NCBI GenBank assembly: GCA_002291845.1
Contig: DBAU01000034.1
Location: 4,934-68,933 of the forward strand
Origin: Alphaproteobacteria bacterium UBA1002
GTDB lineage: Bacteria; Pseudomonadota; Alphaproteobacteria; Rickettsiales; UBA998
Reading direction: 5' to 3'
Length of the DNA stretch: 64,000 nt
Below, piece after piece: positions 47,012 to 56,079 of the stretch. Each line of letters starts with the position of its first letter. Position 1 is the first letter of the stretch. The position numbers and the translations under genes are program-made. Under the pieces are notes generated by a model that worked only from the letters and a program-made list of their open reading frames with translations, ran no database searches and was not told the DNA's origin.

Positions 47012-48130
47012 GTGAGCAGCACCTTGATTACCATTGAGCAAGCAGTGCTTTTAGCTGCCCTAGGGCCGTGTCTTTTTGCTGTGGTATTTCTTCTTCTGGT
47101 TTGTCGTCCGCGGGTACAGGCTATCGCCCCCTCGCTTTACTTCCTCTCTCTGGCGGCCAGCTTTTCTCTGCCGTTGCTCACGCTTATTGGCTACCATCAT
47201 GATGTGGGATTGCGCTTGGCGCTACTGGCGCTAGAGAATATGGCTCCGGCGATCTGCTACCTTCTGGTGCTCGAATTGCTAGAGCGCCGTCAGGTGCATG
47301 TTTCGCATTGGCTGATTCTTCTTGCGCCGTTGGTGGGGGGATTGCCGTTCGCTTACGGCATGATTTTTGAGGAGAGGGTCTGCCTTCCGGGAGGCTTCTG
47401 TGCCGATGGTAAGCCCCTGATTGCACTGTATCATATTTTCATGACGGCGCTGATTTTTCTGCTGCTGATGGCGCAAGCGTCACGCCGTGAGGCTTTGGCC
47501 GTGGGGGACTCCGTGGAGCGTCGTCACCGCTACTGGCTAATAATGACGCTGATTACCCTGCATTTAGCGCTGCCCATACTAGAGCTCGCGCTCATTGGCG
47601 GCTGGCTTGATGCCCGTAAAGTGGAAGTTCTCTCTATGTTGCTGCGGCTTAGCTTTATCTATCTGGTGTTGACCTCGTTATTTCGTCTATATGGCTCTCC
47701 GCTTCAGATTGACCATGAACAATTACCAACACTGGCGCGTGCGGGCCGACGCCCCGCGGATGACGAGGCGCTCGCGGAACGCTTGGTTGCTCTGATGCGT
47801 CACGAAGCGCCGTACCGTAAACCCACGTTTAACCGTGAAGAGCTGGCCCAGCTGGCCAAGGTCTCCGAGCAGGCGGTGTCTCGCGTGTTGAATCAACAGA
47901 TTGGCAAGAATTTTAACGAATTTATCAATGAGTTTCGCTTGGAAGAAGCCAAAATCCGCCTGATGACCGATACTGGACCGATTAATGTGGTGGCGTATGG
48001 CGTGGGGTTTAACTCAATTGCCTCGTTCAACCGCGTCTTTAAGCAATCCACCGGCATGTCACCCACCCAGTTCCGGCAGAAAAACATCGGTCTGATTGCC
48101 GATGCGGCGTTCCGCCCCGCCGAAGGCTAA
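47012..48130 (+). CDS. membrane-anchored AraC/XylS-family transcriptional regulator
   Basis: The N-terminal ~230 aa contain about 6-7 hydrophobic segments. The C-terminal AraC HTH reads LAKVSEQAVSRVLNQQIGKNFNEFINEFRLEEAKIRL...VGFNSIASFNRVFKQSTGMSPTQFR. Confidence 0.8.
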   Translation: MSSTLITIEQAVLLAALGPCLFAVVFLLLVCRPRVQAIAPSLYFLSLAASFSLPLLTLIGYHHDVGLRLALLALENMAPAICYLLVLELLERRQVHVSHWLILLAPLVGGLPFAYGMIFEERVCLPGGFCADGKPLIALYHIFMTALIFLLLMAQASRREALAVGDSVERRHRYWLIMTLITLHLALPILELALIGGWLDARKVEVLSMLLRLSFIYLVLTSLFRLYGSPLQIDHEQLPTLARAGRRPADDEALAERLVALMRHEAPYRKPTFNREELAQLAKVSEQAVSRVLNQQIGKNFNEFINEFRLEEAKIRLMTDTGPINVVAYGVGFNSIASFNRVFKQSTGMSPTQFRQKNIGLIADAAFRPAEG

Positions 48131-48173
48131 GACAAGGACTGTCTTTCCGTCGCCGCTATGCTAGTAATACACC

Positions 48174-49457
48174 ATGCAGACCGCCTCTGAAGCCTTGCAG
48201 GATGTCGCCACCGAGATGGGTGATCTGGGCCGCCGCGCCCGGACGGCCTATGGGCAGCTGGCTGCCGCTTCCGCGGAGATGCGTAGCGCGGCCTTGCGCC
48301 ATGCCGCGGCCCGTTTGCGTGTGACGGAAGCAGAACTCCTGGCCGCGAATGCGCAGGATATGGCGCAAGCCCATGCCCGTGGCCTTAGCGGCGCGATGCT
48401 GGATCGCCTGCTGCTCGACAGCAAGCGCATCGCTGCGATGGCGGCCGGGCTGGAAGACGTGGCCGCGATGCCCGATCCGCTCGGGCGCACCTTAGCGGAG
48501 TGGCTACGCCCGAATGGCCTGCGCATTGCCCGCATTTCGGTGCCTCTTGGGGTGATTGGCATCATCTATGAATCCCGCCCGAATGTGACCGCGGATGCCG
48601 GAGCCTTGTGCCTCAAATCTGGCAATGCGGCGATCTTGCGCGGCGGCTCGGAGAGCTTTCATTCCTCACGCGCGATTGTCGCTTGCCTGCGTGACGGGCT
48701 GCGCCATGCCGGATTGCCGGAGGATGCGGTGCAGTTGGTACCCACCACGGACCGCGCAGCCGTAGGGGAAATGCTGCGCATGGTGGGCGTGATCGACGTG
48801 ATCGTGCCGCGTGGCGGCGCCTCGCTGACTCGCCGCGTCGCCGAAGAAAGCCGCATTCCCACGATTCTGCATCTGGACGGTAATTGCCACACCTACATTC
48901 ACCGCGCGGCTGATGCTGCCATGGCCGCGACAGTGGTCGCCAACGCCAAGCTTCGCCGTACCGGCGTTTGTGGGGCGACCGAGTCGCTGGTGATTGACCG
49001 CGGCGTGCTGGCCACGCACCTGCCGGGGATTGTGGATGCGCTGGTGGCAGGAGGCTGCGAGGTGCGCGGCGATGCAGAGGCCTGCGCCACCGATGCACGG
49101 CTTGTTCCCGCCTCAGAAGAGGATTGGGGCACAGAATATCTGGACCGCATTATATCGGTTAAAACCGTTGCGGATGAGGCTGAGGCCATTGCCCACATCA
49201 ACCGCTATGGCTCGCACCACACGGATGCCATCATTACGGCAGATGAAGCCGCGGCAGCGCAGTTCCTGTCCGGAGTGGACAGCGCGATTGTACTGCACAA
49301 CGCGTCCACCCAGTTTGCCGATGGCGGCGAATTCGGCATGGGGGCGGAGATCGGTATCTCTACGGGCCGCCTGCACGCCCGCGGGCCGGTGGGGGCGGAG
49401 CAGCTGACCACCTACAAATACGTCGTGCGCGGGGAGGGGACGATCCGTCCCGTCTGA
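48174..49457 (+). CDS. proA: glutamate-5-semialdehyde dehydrogenase
   Basis: 427 aa with ALDH-like motifs (GVIGIIYESRPNVT, CGATESLVI, HHTDAIIT). Confidence 0.95.
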   Translation: MQTASEALQDVATEMGDLGRRARTAYGQLAAASAEMRSAALRHAAARLRVTEAELLAANAQDMAQAHARGLSGAMLDRLLLDSKRIAAMAAGLEDVAAMPDPLGRTLAEWLRPNGLRIARISVPLGVIGIIYESRPNVTADAGALCLKSGNAAILRGGSESFHSSRAIVACLRDGLRHAGLPEDAVQLVPTTDRAAVGEMLRMVGVIDVIVPRGGASLTRRVAEESRIPTILHLDGNCHTYIHRAADAAMAATVVANAKLRRTGVCGATESLVIDRGVLATHLPGIVDALVAGGCEVRGDAEACATDARLVPASEEDWGTEYLDRIISVKTVADEAEAIAHINRYGSHHTDAIITADEAAAAQFLSGVDSAIVLHNASTQFADGGEFGMGAEIGISTGRLHARGPVGAEQLTTYKYVVRGEGTIRPV

Positions 49458-50053
49458 TGCGCACGATCGGTCTTCTCGGCGGTTCCTTCAACCCGGCCCA
49501 TGCCGGGCACCGGCAGGTATCGCTGGAGCTGCTACACCGCTATGGGCTGGATGAAATCTGGTGGCTGGTTTCTCCTGGCAACCCGCTGAAAAACCCTGCG
49601 GAGCTCGCAGATTATGCCGCGCGGCTTACCTCGGCACAGGCGGTGGCGCGCCATCCGAGGCTAAAGGTGAGCGATAGCGAGGCACGCCTCGGCACGCGCT
49701 ATACCGTTGATACGCTGAAAGCCTTGCAGGCCCGCTACCCGCAGGTGCGCTTTGTGTGGATCATGGGAGCGGATAACCTGGCGCAGTTCCACCGCTGGAA
49801 GCAGTGGCGGGACATCGCCGGGCGGGTGGATATCCTGGTGGTGGACCGTAAGCCCTGGACCCACCGCGCGCTGCATTCCAAAGCGGCGCAGGCCTTGCGG
49901 CGGACCCGCTCAACGCCCCATCAAGCGCTAGCGGGCGGCGCATCAAGGCCCCCGCAATGGTGGTATCATTTTGGGCGGATCTCCCCCTTATCGGCCAGCG
50001 ATTTACGGAAAACGCTTGGAAAAAAGGCGTTTTTGCTCCATACTAAAAACTGA
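49457..50053 (+). CDS. nadD: nicotinate-nucleotide adenylyltransferase
   Basis: GGSFNPAHAGH motif and TGATG overlap with proA. Confidence 0.9.
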   Translation: MRTIGLLGGSFNPAHAGHRQVSLELLHRYGLDEIWWLVSPGNPLKNPAELADYAARLTSAQAVARHPRLKVSDSEARLGTRYTVDTLKALQARYPQVRFVWIMGADNLAQFHRWKQWRDIAGRVDILVVDRKPWTHRALHSKAAQALRRTRSTPHQALAGGASRPPQWWYHFGRISPLSASDLRKTLGKKAFLLHTKN

Positions 50054-50077
50054 GTAAAACCAGCAAAGGAGCAGCCC

Positions 50078-50443
50078 ATTCCTAGTCCCTCGACCAGTAG
50101 CGGGGTCAGTGTAGAAAATCTGATTATTACCTCGCTCGAAGACGACAAGGCGGAAGATATTGCCATCGTCGACCTTGCAGGCAAAACAAGCTTTGCCGAC
50201 AAGATGATCATCGCCACCGGCCGCTCGCCGCGCCATGTCGGCAGTATCGCCGACCACCTCGTAGATAAGCTCAAATCCATCGGTTTCCCGCAGGTCAGCG
50301 TGGAAGGCAAAGAGCTGTGCGACTGGGTGCTCATTGATGCAGGTGACGTGATCGTCCATGTGTTCCGCCCGGAAGTCCGGGATGTGTATGATCTGGAGCG
50401 CATGTGGAAGGTCGCCCTGCCGGAGCCGGCGACGCTGCAATAG
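50078..50443 (+). CDS. rsfS: ribosome silencing factor RsfS; start codon uncertain (ATT at 50078 proposed)
   Basis: The first ATG (50204) would delete the conserved N-terminal part (LEDDKAEDIAIVDL). The frame is open back to 50054 and contains no ATG, GTG or TTG. AAGGAG lies 6 nt before the ATT at 50078. Confidence 0.7.
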   Translation: MPSPSTSSGVSVENLIITSLEDDKAEDIAIVDLAGKTSFADKMIIATGRSPRHVGSIADHLVDKLKSIGFPQVSVEGKELCDWVLIDAGDVIVHVFRPEVRDVYDLERMWKVALPEPATLQ

Positions 50444-50478
50444 CTTTCACGGGCATGATGCCCTTTCCCGACGCCACG

Positions 50479-50506
50479 GCGCCGATGCCCCTCATCGGCG
50501 CTTTTT
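50479..50506 (+). terminator. rho-independent terminator-like hairpin after rsfS
   Basis: GCGCCGATG-CCCCT-CATCGGCGC-TTTTT. Confidence 0.55.
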
Positions 50507-50543
50507 CTTTGCCCTCTGCGGTGAATCCCACTACCACCGAGCC

Positions 50544-51008
50544 ATGCGTTGCCTCGTTCTTGCCACCGGTAAATGGAAGCACGCGCCTGAAAAGGCGCTC
50601 TGGGAGCAGTATGCCAGCCGCTTGCCGTGGGAATTATCATTGCGTGAACTGCCGGCCATCACGGCTTCCCAGCCGCAGGAGCAGCGTGCCCGCGAGACGG
50701 AGGCCATGCTGGCCGCCGCCCGTCAGTGGGGAGCCGAGCGGCTGGTGTTCCTCGATGAAACCGGCCCCGCGCTGAGCAGCGAAGCCTTTGCCGCAAAACT
50801 TGGCCGGTGGCGCGATGAAGGTGATCGTGCGATAGCCTTTCTCATTGGCGGGGATCATGGCCATGACAAAGCACGACTGCGCGAGGGGCATCTGGTGTTG
50901 TCACTCGGTGCAATGACCTGGCCGCACCTGCTCGTGCGCGGGCTGCTGGCGGAGCAGCTCTACCGCGCCTATGCGATTCTCAGTGGCCACCCTTATCATC
51001 GTGCGTAA
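50544..51008 (+). CDS. rlmH: 23S rRNA (pseudouridine1915-N3)-methyltransferase RlmH
   Basis: Start at the ATG at 50544. The protein is 154 aa with FLIGGDHG...SLGAMTWPH and YRAYAILSGHPYH. Confidence 0.9.
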   Translation: MRCLVLATGKWKHAPEKALWEQYASRLPWELSLRELPAITASQPQEQRARETEAMLAAARQWGAERLVFLDETGPALSSEAFAAKLGRWRDEGDRAIAFLIGGDHGHDKARLREGHLVLSLGAMTWPHLLVRGLLAEQLYRAYAILSGHPYHRA

Positions 51009-51081
51009 GCATCGCGGGCGTGTTGATTTTGCTTTGCCCCATCGGAAAGCAGGCGTATTCTAGCGGCAGGAAGGAAATGCC

Positions 51082-51759
51082 ATGGCGCAAAATAGCGGTA
51101 TTTACACAGCGCAGCTCGATCAGATGACAGCCACCCTGCTGCAGATGGGAGAACTCATCGGACAGGCGCTTGATTTCTCGGAAAGCGCACTGGAGCATCA
51201 CGAAGAAGCGCTGCGTTTGCAGGCAAAAGAGCTGGATAAGCGCATTAACGCGCTGAATGACGCGCTGGAGGGGCAGGTCATCCGCCTGTTTACCCATGCG
51301 GCGCCGTTTGCCTCTGACCTGCGTTTTGTGATCGCCATCCTCAAGGCGTCCGGCTCGCTGGAGCGGGCGGGCGATCTGGCGAAGAGCACCACCAAGCACA
51401 TGGCCCGCCTCAAAGTGCCGTTCAGTGATGCGGTGATGGTGGCGCTGCGCGAGCTGGTACAGATCAACCGTGAGATGCTGCATGACGTGCTGGAAAGCGT
51501 GCGCACCCGCAATGCGGAGCAAGCCCTGGCCGCTTGGCGCAAGGACGATGTGGCCGATGAAGCCTGCGCGCGCGTGTTCAACATCATCCGCGAGGAAATG
51601 GGCCGCGATCCTGCCGCCGCCGGGCAACTCGCGGATGTGCTATTTGCCGCCAAGAATTTCGAGCGTATGGCGGATTACTCCGCTGATATCGCCAAGATGG
51701 TGATTTACGTGGTCACCGGCGAGCGGCCGCACAAGGATGTCCTGAAGAACAGCGCATGA
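51082..51759 (+). CDS. phoU: phosphate signalling complex protein PhoU
   Basis: Two PhoU repeats (ERAGDLAKS and ERMADYSADIAK). No pst genes are adjacent. Confidence 0.9.
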   Translation: MAQNSGIYTAQLDQMTATLLQMGELIGQALDFSESALEHHEEALRLQAKELDKRINALNDALEGQVIRLFTHAAPFASDLRFVIAILKASGSLERAGDLAKSTTKHMARLKVPFSDAVMVALRELVQINREMLHDVLESVRTRNAEQALAAWRKDDVADEACARVFNIIREEMGRDPAAAGQLADVLFAAKNFERMADYSADIAKMVIYVVTGERPHKDVLKNSA

Positions 51760-53333
51760 CGATGTCCCGTCCGAAACCCGTTGTGCTGGCAATCCTCGAT
51801 GGCTGGGGCCATCGCGAGGAGATTGACCATAACGCCATCCATGCAGCCCGCACGCCGCATTGGGATGCGCTGTGGAGCGGCTCGCCGGTGGCGCTACTCG
51901 ATGCGTCGGAGCTGGAGGTCGGCCTGCCAGTGGGGCAGATGGGTAATTCCGAAGTCGGCCATATGAATATCGGCGCGGGCCGCGTGATTCTGCAAGATCT
52001 GCCGCGCATCGATGAGGCGTTGCGCACCGGCGCGCTGGCACAGCATCCGCTGTTGCAAACGCTGGTCGCGCTACAAACCGGCACGGGCCGCCCGCTGCAT
52101 CTGCTGGGCCTGCTCTCCAATGGCGGGGTGCATGCGCACCAGATGCATCTGGAAGCGCTGGCGGATCTGCTGAGTGCCCAGGGTGTTGAGGTCCGGCTGC
52201 ATGCGTTCCTGGATGGGCGCGACACGCCGCCGAAAAGCGCGCGTGCCTTCCTGGATCACTGGGAGCACCGCTTCCGCGACAATCCCCGCGTGAAGATCGC
52301 CACGATCAGCGGGCGCTATTATGCCATGGACCGCGACAAACGCTGGGAGCGCGTGCAGAAGGCCTATGCCGCCATTGCTGATGGGGTAGGGGAGCATTAC
52401 GCAAGCGCTCATGAGGCGCTGGACGCGATGTATGCGCGTGACATCACCGATGAATTCGTGCTGCCCTGCGTACTGGGTGATTATCGCGGCACGGTGCATG
52501 GCGATGCCTTGCTGATGGGCAATTTCCGCGCCGACCGCGCCCGCGAGATTTTGCATGCGCTGATGGATCCGGGCTTTTCCGCCTTCCCGCGTGCGGAAGC
52601 CACCGAATACAGCACCGTGCTCGGCATGGTGGAGTATTCCACCGAGCTCAGTGCGCTGATGCCGGCCTTATTTCCGCAGGAGTTGCCGCAGCAGACCTTC
52701 GGCGAGGTGCTGGCGCAGGCCGGTCTGAAGCAGTTACGTATCGCCGAGACGGAAAAATACGCGCATGTGACATTCTTCTTCAATGGCGGCCGCGAGGAGC
52801 CGTTCCCCGGAGAGGAGCGCGCGCTGATTCCCTCGCCGTCGGTGGCGACGTATGACCTGAAGCCTGAAATGTCCGCGCCGGAGGTGACGGATCATCTGGT
52901 GTCGGTGATTGGGCAGGGGCGTTATGACGTGATCATCGTCAATTACGCCAATACCGATATGGTGGGCCATACGGGGGATCTCGCAGCGGCCGTAGCGGCG
53001 GTAGAGGCGGTGGATACCTGCCTCGGCCGTCTGTGGGAGGCGGTGCGCGCGCAAGGCGGCGCCCTGTTGATCACTGCTGATCATGGCAATGCCGAAATGA
53101 TGCGTGATATCTCCACCGCGCAGGCGCATACCGCGCATACGTTGAACAAGGTGCCGGTGGTGCTGGCCAGCGCCCAGTATCCACGCGGGCAGGTGGCGCT
53201 GCGTGATGGGCGGCTGGCTGATATTGCGCCGACGCTTCTGGCGCTGCTTGGGCTTCCCCAGCCAGACCTGATGACGGGCCAGTCTCTACTGCAGCCTGTT
53301 GCCGCGCTTTCTTATGCTGCCTCAGCGTCTTAA
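51756..53333 (+). CDS. gpmI: 2,3-bisphosphoglycerate-independent phosphoglycerate mutase
   Basis: VLAILDGWG, GNSEVGHMNIGAGR and ADHGNAE motifs. Confidence 0.95.
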   Translation: MTMSRPKPVVLAILDGWGHREEIDHNAIHAARTPHWDALWSGSPVALLDASELEVGLPVGQMGNSEVGHMNIGAGRVILQDLPRIDEALRTGALAQHPLLQTLVALQTGTGRPLHLLGLLSNGGVHAHQMHLEALADLLSAQGVEVRLHAFLDGRDTPPKSARAFLDHWEHRFRDNPRVKIATISGRYYAMDRDKRWERVQKAYAAIADGVGEHYASAHEALDAMYARDITDEFVLPCVLGDYRGTVHGDALLMGNFRADRAREILHALMDPGFSAFPRAEATEYSTVLGMVEYSTELSALMPALFPQELPQQTFGEVLAQAGLKQLRIAETEKYAHVTFFFNGGREEPFPGEERALIPSPSVATYDLKPEMSAPEVTDHLVSVIGQGRYDVIIVNYANTDMVGHTGDLAAAVAAVEAVDTCLGRLWEAVRAQGGALLITADHGNAEMMRDISTAQAHTAHTLNKVPVVLASAQYPRGQVALRDGRLADIAPTLLALLGLPQPDLMTGQSLLQPVAALSYAASAS

Positions 53334-54582
53334 AAATTATCTCTACGGCCTGATGGTCTTTATGCTGGCACCTGTTGCTATGGCGCAGGAATCTTTGCCG
53401 CAGGTGCGCCAGTTAGAACAGACGCGCAAAGAGATTGAAGCCTCTCGTCAGCGCCATCAGGCCCTGCGAAAGAATCTGGAGGAAATGGAATCCACGCTCG
53501 GTGATTTGCAAAAGGAAACCGGAGATATTGCAGATGCGCTGAAACAGACGGAACAACAAAAGCATGAAATAGAGCGGCGTCTTCAAAAGCTGGAGAGCGA
53601 TGCCAGAGCTAAGCAGTCTCAGATCCGTGCGCGTCAAAAGCAGATTGGTTCGCTTCTTGCGACGGTGTTACGCGTCAGTCAGGTGCCTCCCCATGCCGTG
53701 CTGGCGATGGATAACGGGCTTGAGGCGCAAATCCACGCTTCACGAGCACTGGGGCTGACCACTGAATCGATAAAACGTGAGACAGACACGTTGTCAGAAC
53801 AATTACGCCAAGTGGCCATATTGAAAAGCGAAATCGCGCGTGAAAGCGATCGTTTGGCGGATCGTCAGCGAACCCTACAAGACCAGCGTCTCCGTCTTGC
53901 CGATCGTGTGGAGGAGCGTCGGCGCAGTATGGAGGGCCTGCATACGGAGGAAATGCAAGAGCAATCACGTATTGCACAGCTCACCCGTCAATCGAAAGAT
54001 CTCGAATCTTTAGTGGATTCGCTGGAGCAAGCGCGCCGCGCGAAACGCACAGAGCAGTTTGGCGCTATTGGTGTGCCCGTGCTGAAGCCTACACCACCTT
54101 TGCGCAGCGAGATGAGAGTGTCCATGCCCCAGGCGCGCCCTAAAAACACGCAAGCCAGTGCGCGCAAGGAATATGATCTGGCCCGCGTGCGTGGTGCGTT
54201 GACATTGCCTGTGGCAGGTGATGTGTCTGGTCGTTATGGCCAGCAGCAAGCGAGCAATGACACACTGAAAGGATTAATGCTTGCAACGCCCTCCGCCGCG
54301 GTGGTCACAGCACCATATGGAGGCGAGGTGATGTTCACCGGCCCCTTCCGTGATTACGGACAAATGGTCATTATCCGGCACAACCGTCGCTATCATACCC
54401 TCCTTGCCGGATTGAGCCGGATTGACGTTTCTCCCGGACAGTTTCTGTTGGAAGGCGAGCCAATTGGTGCTATGGGTAATGTCCAGGAAGATCGTCGTTT
54501 GTACCTCGAATTGCGCGAGAATGGCAAGCCGGTCGACCCTGCACCCTGGTTCGGTGGGGTGCCCCGTCTTGCTCGCAATTAG
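53314..54582 (+). CDS. EnvC-like murein hydrolase activator (coiled coil plus degenerate LytM/M23 domain)
   Basis: Signal peptide, then a long Q/E/R-rich coiled coil. The C-terminal M23 fold lacks the metal ligands: LAGL replaces YAHL, and LYLELR replaces HLHFE. Confidence 0.8.
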   Translation: MLPQRLKNYLYGLMVFMLAPVAMAQESLPQVRQLEQTRKEIEASRQRHQALRKNLEEMESTLGDLQKETGDIADALKQTEQQKHEIERRLQKLESDARAKQSQIRARQKQIGSLLATVLRVSQVPPHAVLAMDNGLEAQIHASRALGLTTESIKRETDTLSEQLRQVAILKSEIARESDRLADRQRTLQDQRLRLADRVEERRRSMEGLHTEEMQEQSRIAQLTRQSKDLESLVDSLEQARRAKRTEQFGAIGVPVLKPTPPLRSEMRVSMPQARPKNTQASARKEYDLARVRGALTLPVAGDVSGRYGQQQASNDTLKGLMLATPSAAVVTAPYGGEVMFTGPFRDYGQMVIIRHNRRYHTLLAGLSRIDVSPGQFLLEGEPIGAMGNVQEDRRLYLELRENGKPVDPAPWFGGVPRLARN

Positions 54583-54638
54583 CAGTCTCTGCGCCGCGTC
54601 AGGATGGCTTTCACACCGGGCGTTGTACAAGGAATCCT

Positions 54639-56036
54639 ATGTCACCCACTGCCTTCCGTCTGACCTTTCACTCGTGTGTGCTTTCACTTTACCTTTCCAC
54701 CGCGCTGTTTGCTGCTCCAGCCGTTGCGCAGGCTGAAGATAGTGCCACAGCGGCATTGTCGGATAGTGAGGAAACCTATGAAATGCTCAGCCTGTTTGGC
54801 GATGTGTTTGAGCGCGTGCGCAACGACTATGTGGAAAAGGTGACGGATAAGCAGTTGATTGAATCGGCCATCAACGGGATGCTGACCTCACTTGATCCAC
54901 ATTCAGGCTACCTCAACGAGCAGAGCTTCAAGGAGATGCAGGTGCAGACCCGCGGTGAGTTCGGTGGTCTCGGCATCGAAGTCACTATGGAAAATGGTCT
55001 GGTGAAAGTGGTCTCGCCGATTGATGATACCCCGGCGTTCAAAGCTGGTGTCCTAGCGGGTGATTACATCAGTGAAATTGATGGTGAAGCGGTGATGGGC
55101 CTCAATCTCTCTGAAGCAGTAGATAAAATGCGCGGCCCGGTTGGCAGCAAAATTAAGCTGACGATATTGCGTGAAAAGCAGCCTGAGCCCATTGCGCTCA
55201 CCCTAACGCGCGACCTTATCCGTATCAAATCCGTTCGGGCGCGGCCGGAGGATGATATCGGGTATGTACGAATCAACTCTTTCTCTGAACAGACCTACGA
55301 AAATTTAGAAGATTCCATTAAGAAAATGCGTCGTGATAACGCCAAAATGAAAGGTCTTGTGCTGGATTTGCGGAATAACCCAGGCGGGTTGCTGGATCAA
55401 GCGGTAGCGGTTTCCGACGCGTTCCTAGATCATGGTGAGATTGTCTCTACCCGTGAGCGTGACCCCAACAACACCAAGCGCTATTCAGCCACCAAAGGTG
55501 ACGTACTGGATGGGCTGCCGATGGTGGTGCTGATTAATCAGGGTTCGGCCTCGGCTTCGGAAATTGTGGCGGGTGCGCTACAGGATCACGACCGCGCGAT
55601 CATTATGGGGGTTAAATCCTTTGGCAAAGGCTCGGTACAAACGGTTATTCCGTTGCGTGAGCACGGCGCGATGCGTTTGACAACCTCTCGCTATTATACG
55701 CCGTCTGGCCATTCGATTCAGGCCAAAGGCATCACCCCGGATATTGAAGTAGAGCAAGCCAAAATTGCAAAGCTTGATGAGCCCAGTGGGTTTGGCATTC
55801 GCTCCGAGGCTGATCTCCGCGGCCGGCTGAGTAATCCCGAAGACGAAAAAGATGGCGCATCTTCCCGCCGAACGGCGCCTTCATCATTGCCAACGAACAG
55901 CAAGCCGCTTGATCGGAAAGATCAAACGATGCGCGGTATGGATAAAGAAGAGGATTTCCAGCTTGCCCGCGCACTGGACCTGTTACGTGGTATCGCCATT
56001 TATCAGGGGCGCGAGCAAGCGGAGCTGAAGCCGTGA
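54639..56036 (+). CDS. ctpA: carboxy-terminal processing protease (S41)
   Basis: PDZ region GIEVTMENGLVKVVSPIDDTPAFKAGVLAGD. Catalytic motifs NQGSASASEI and KSFGKGSVQ are present. Confidence 0.9.
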   Translation: MSPTAFRLTFHSCVLSLYLSTALFAAPAVAQAEDSATAALSDSEETYEMLSLFGDVFERVRNDYVEKVTDKQLIESAINGMLTSLDPHSGYLNEQSFKEMQVQTRGEFGGLGIEVTMENGLVKVVSPIDDTPAFKAGVLAGDYISEIDGEAVMGLNLSEAVDKMRGPVGSKIKLTILREKQPEPIALTLTRDLIRIKSVRARPEDDIGYVRINSFSEQTYENLEDSIKKMRRDNAKMKGLVLDLRNNPGGLLDQAVAVSDAFLDHGEIVSTRERDPNNTKRYSATKGDVLDGLPMVVLINQGSASASEIVAGALQDHDRAIIMGVKSFGKGSVQTVIPLREHGAMRLTTSRYYTPSGHSIQAKGITPDIEVEQAKIAKLDEPSGFGIRSEADLRGRLSNPEDEKDGASSRRTAPSSLPTNSKPLDRKDQTMRGMDKEEDFQLARALDLLRGIAIYQGREQAELKP

Positions 56037-56079
56037 TTTCCGGGTGCTGACACCCAATGCGGCATGAAGAGAGGTGCGC

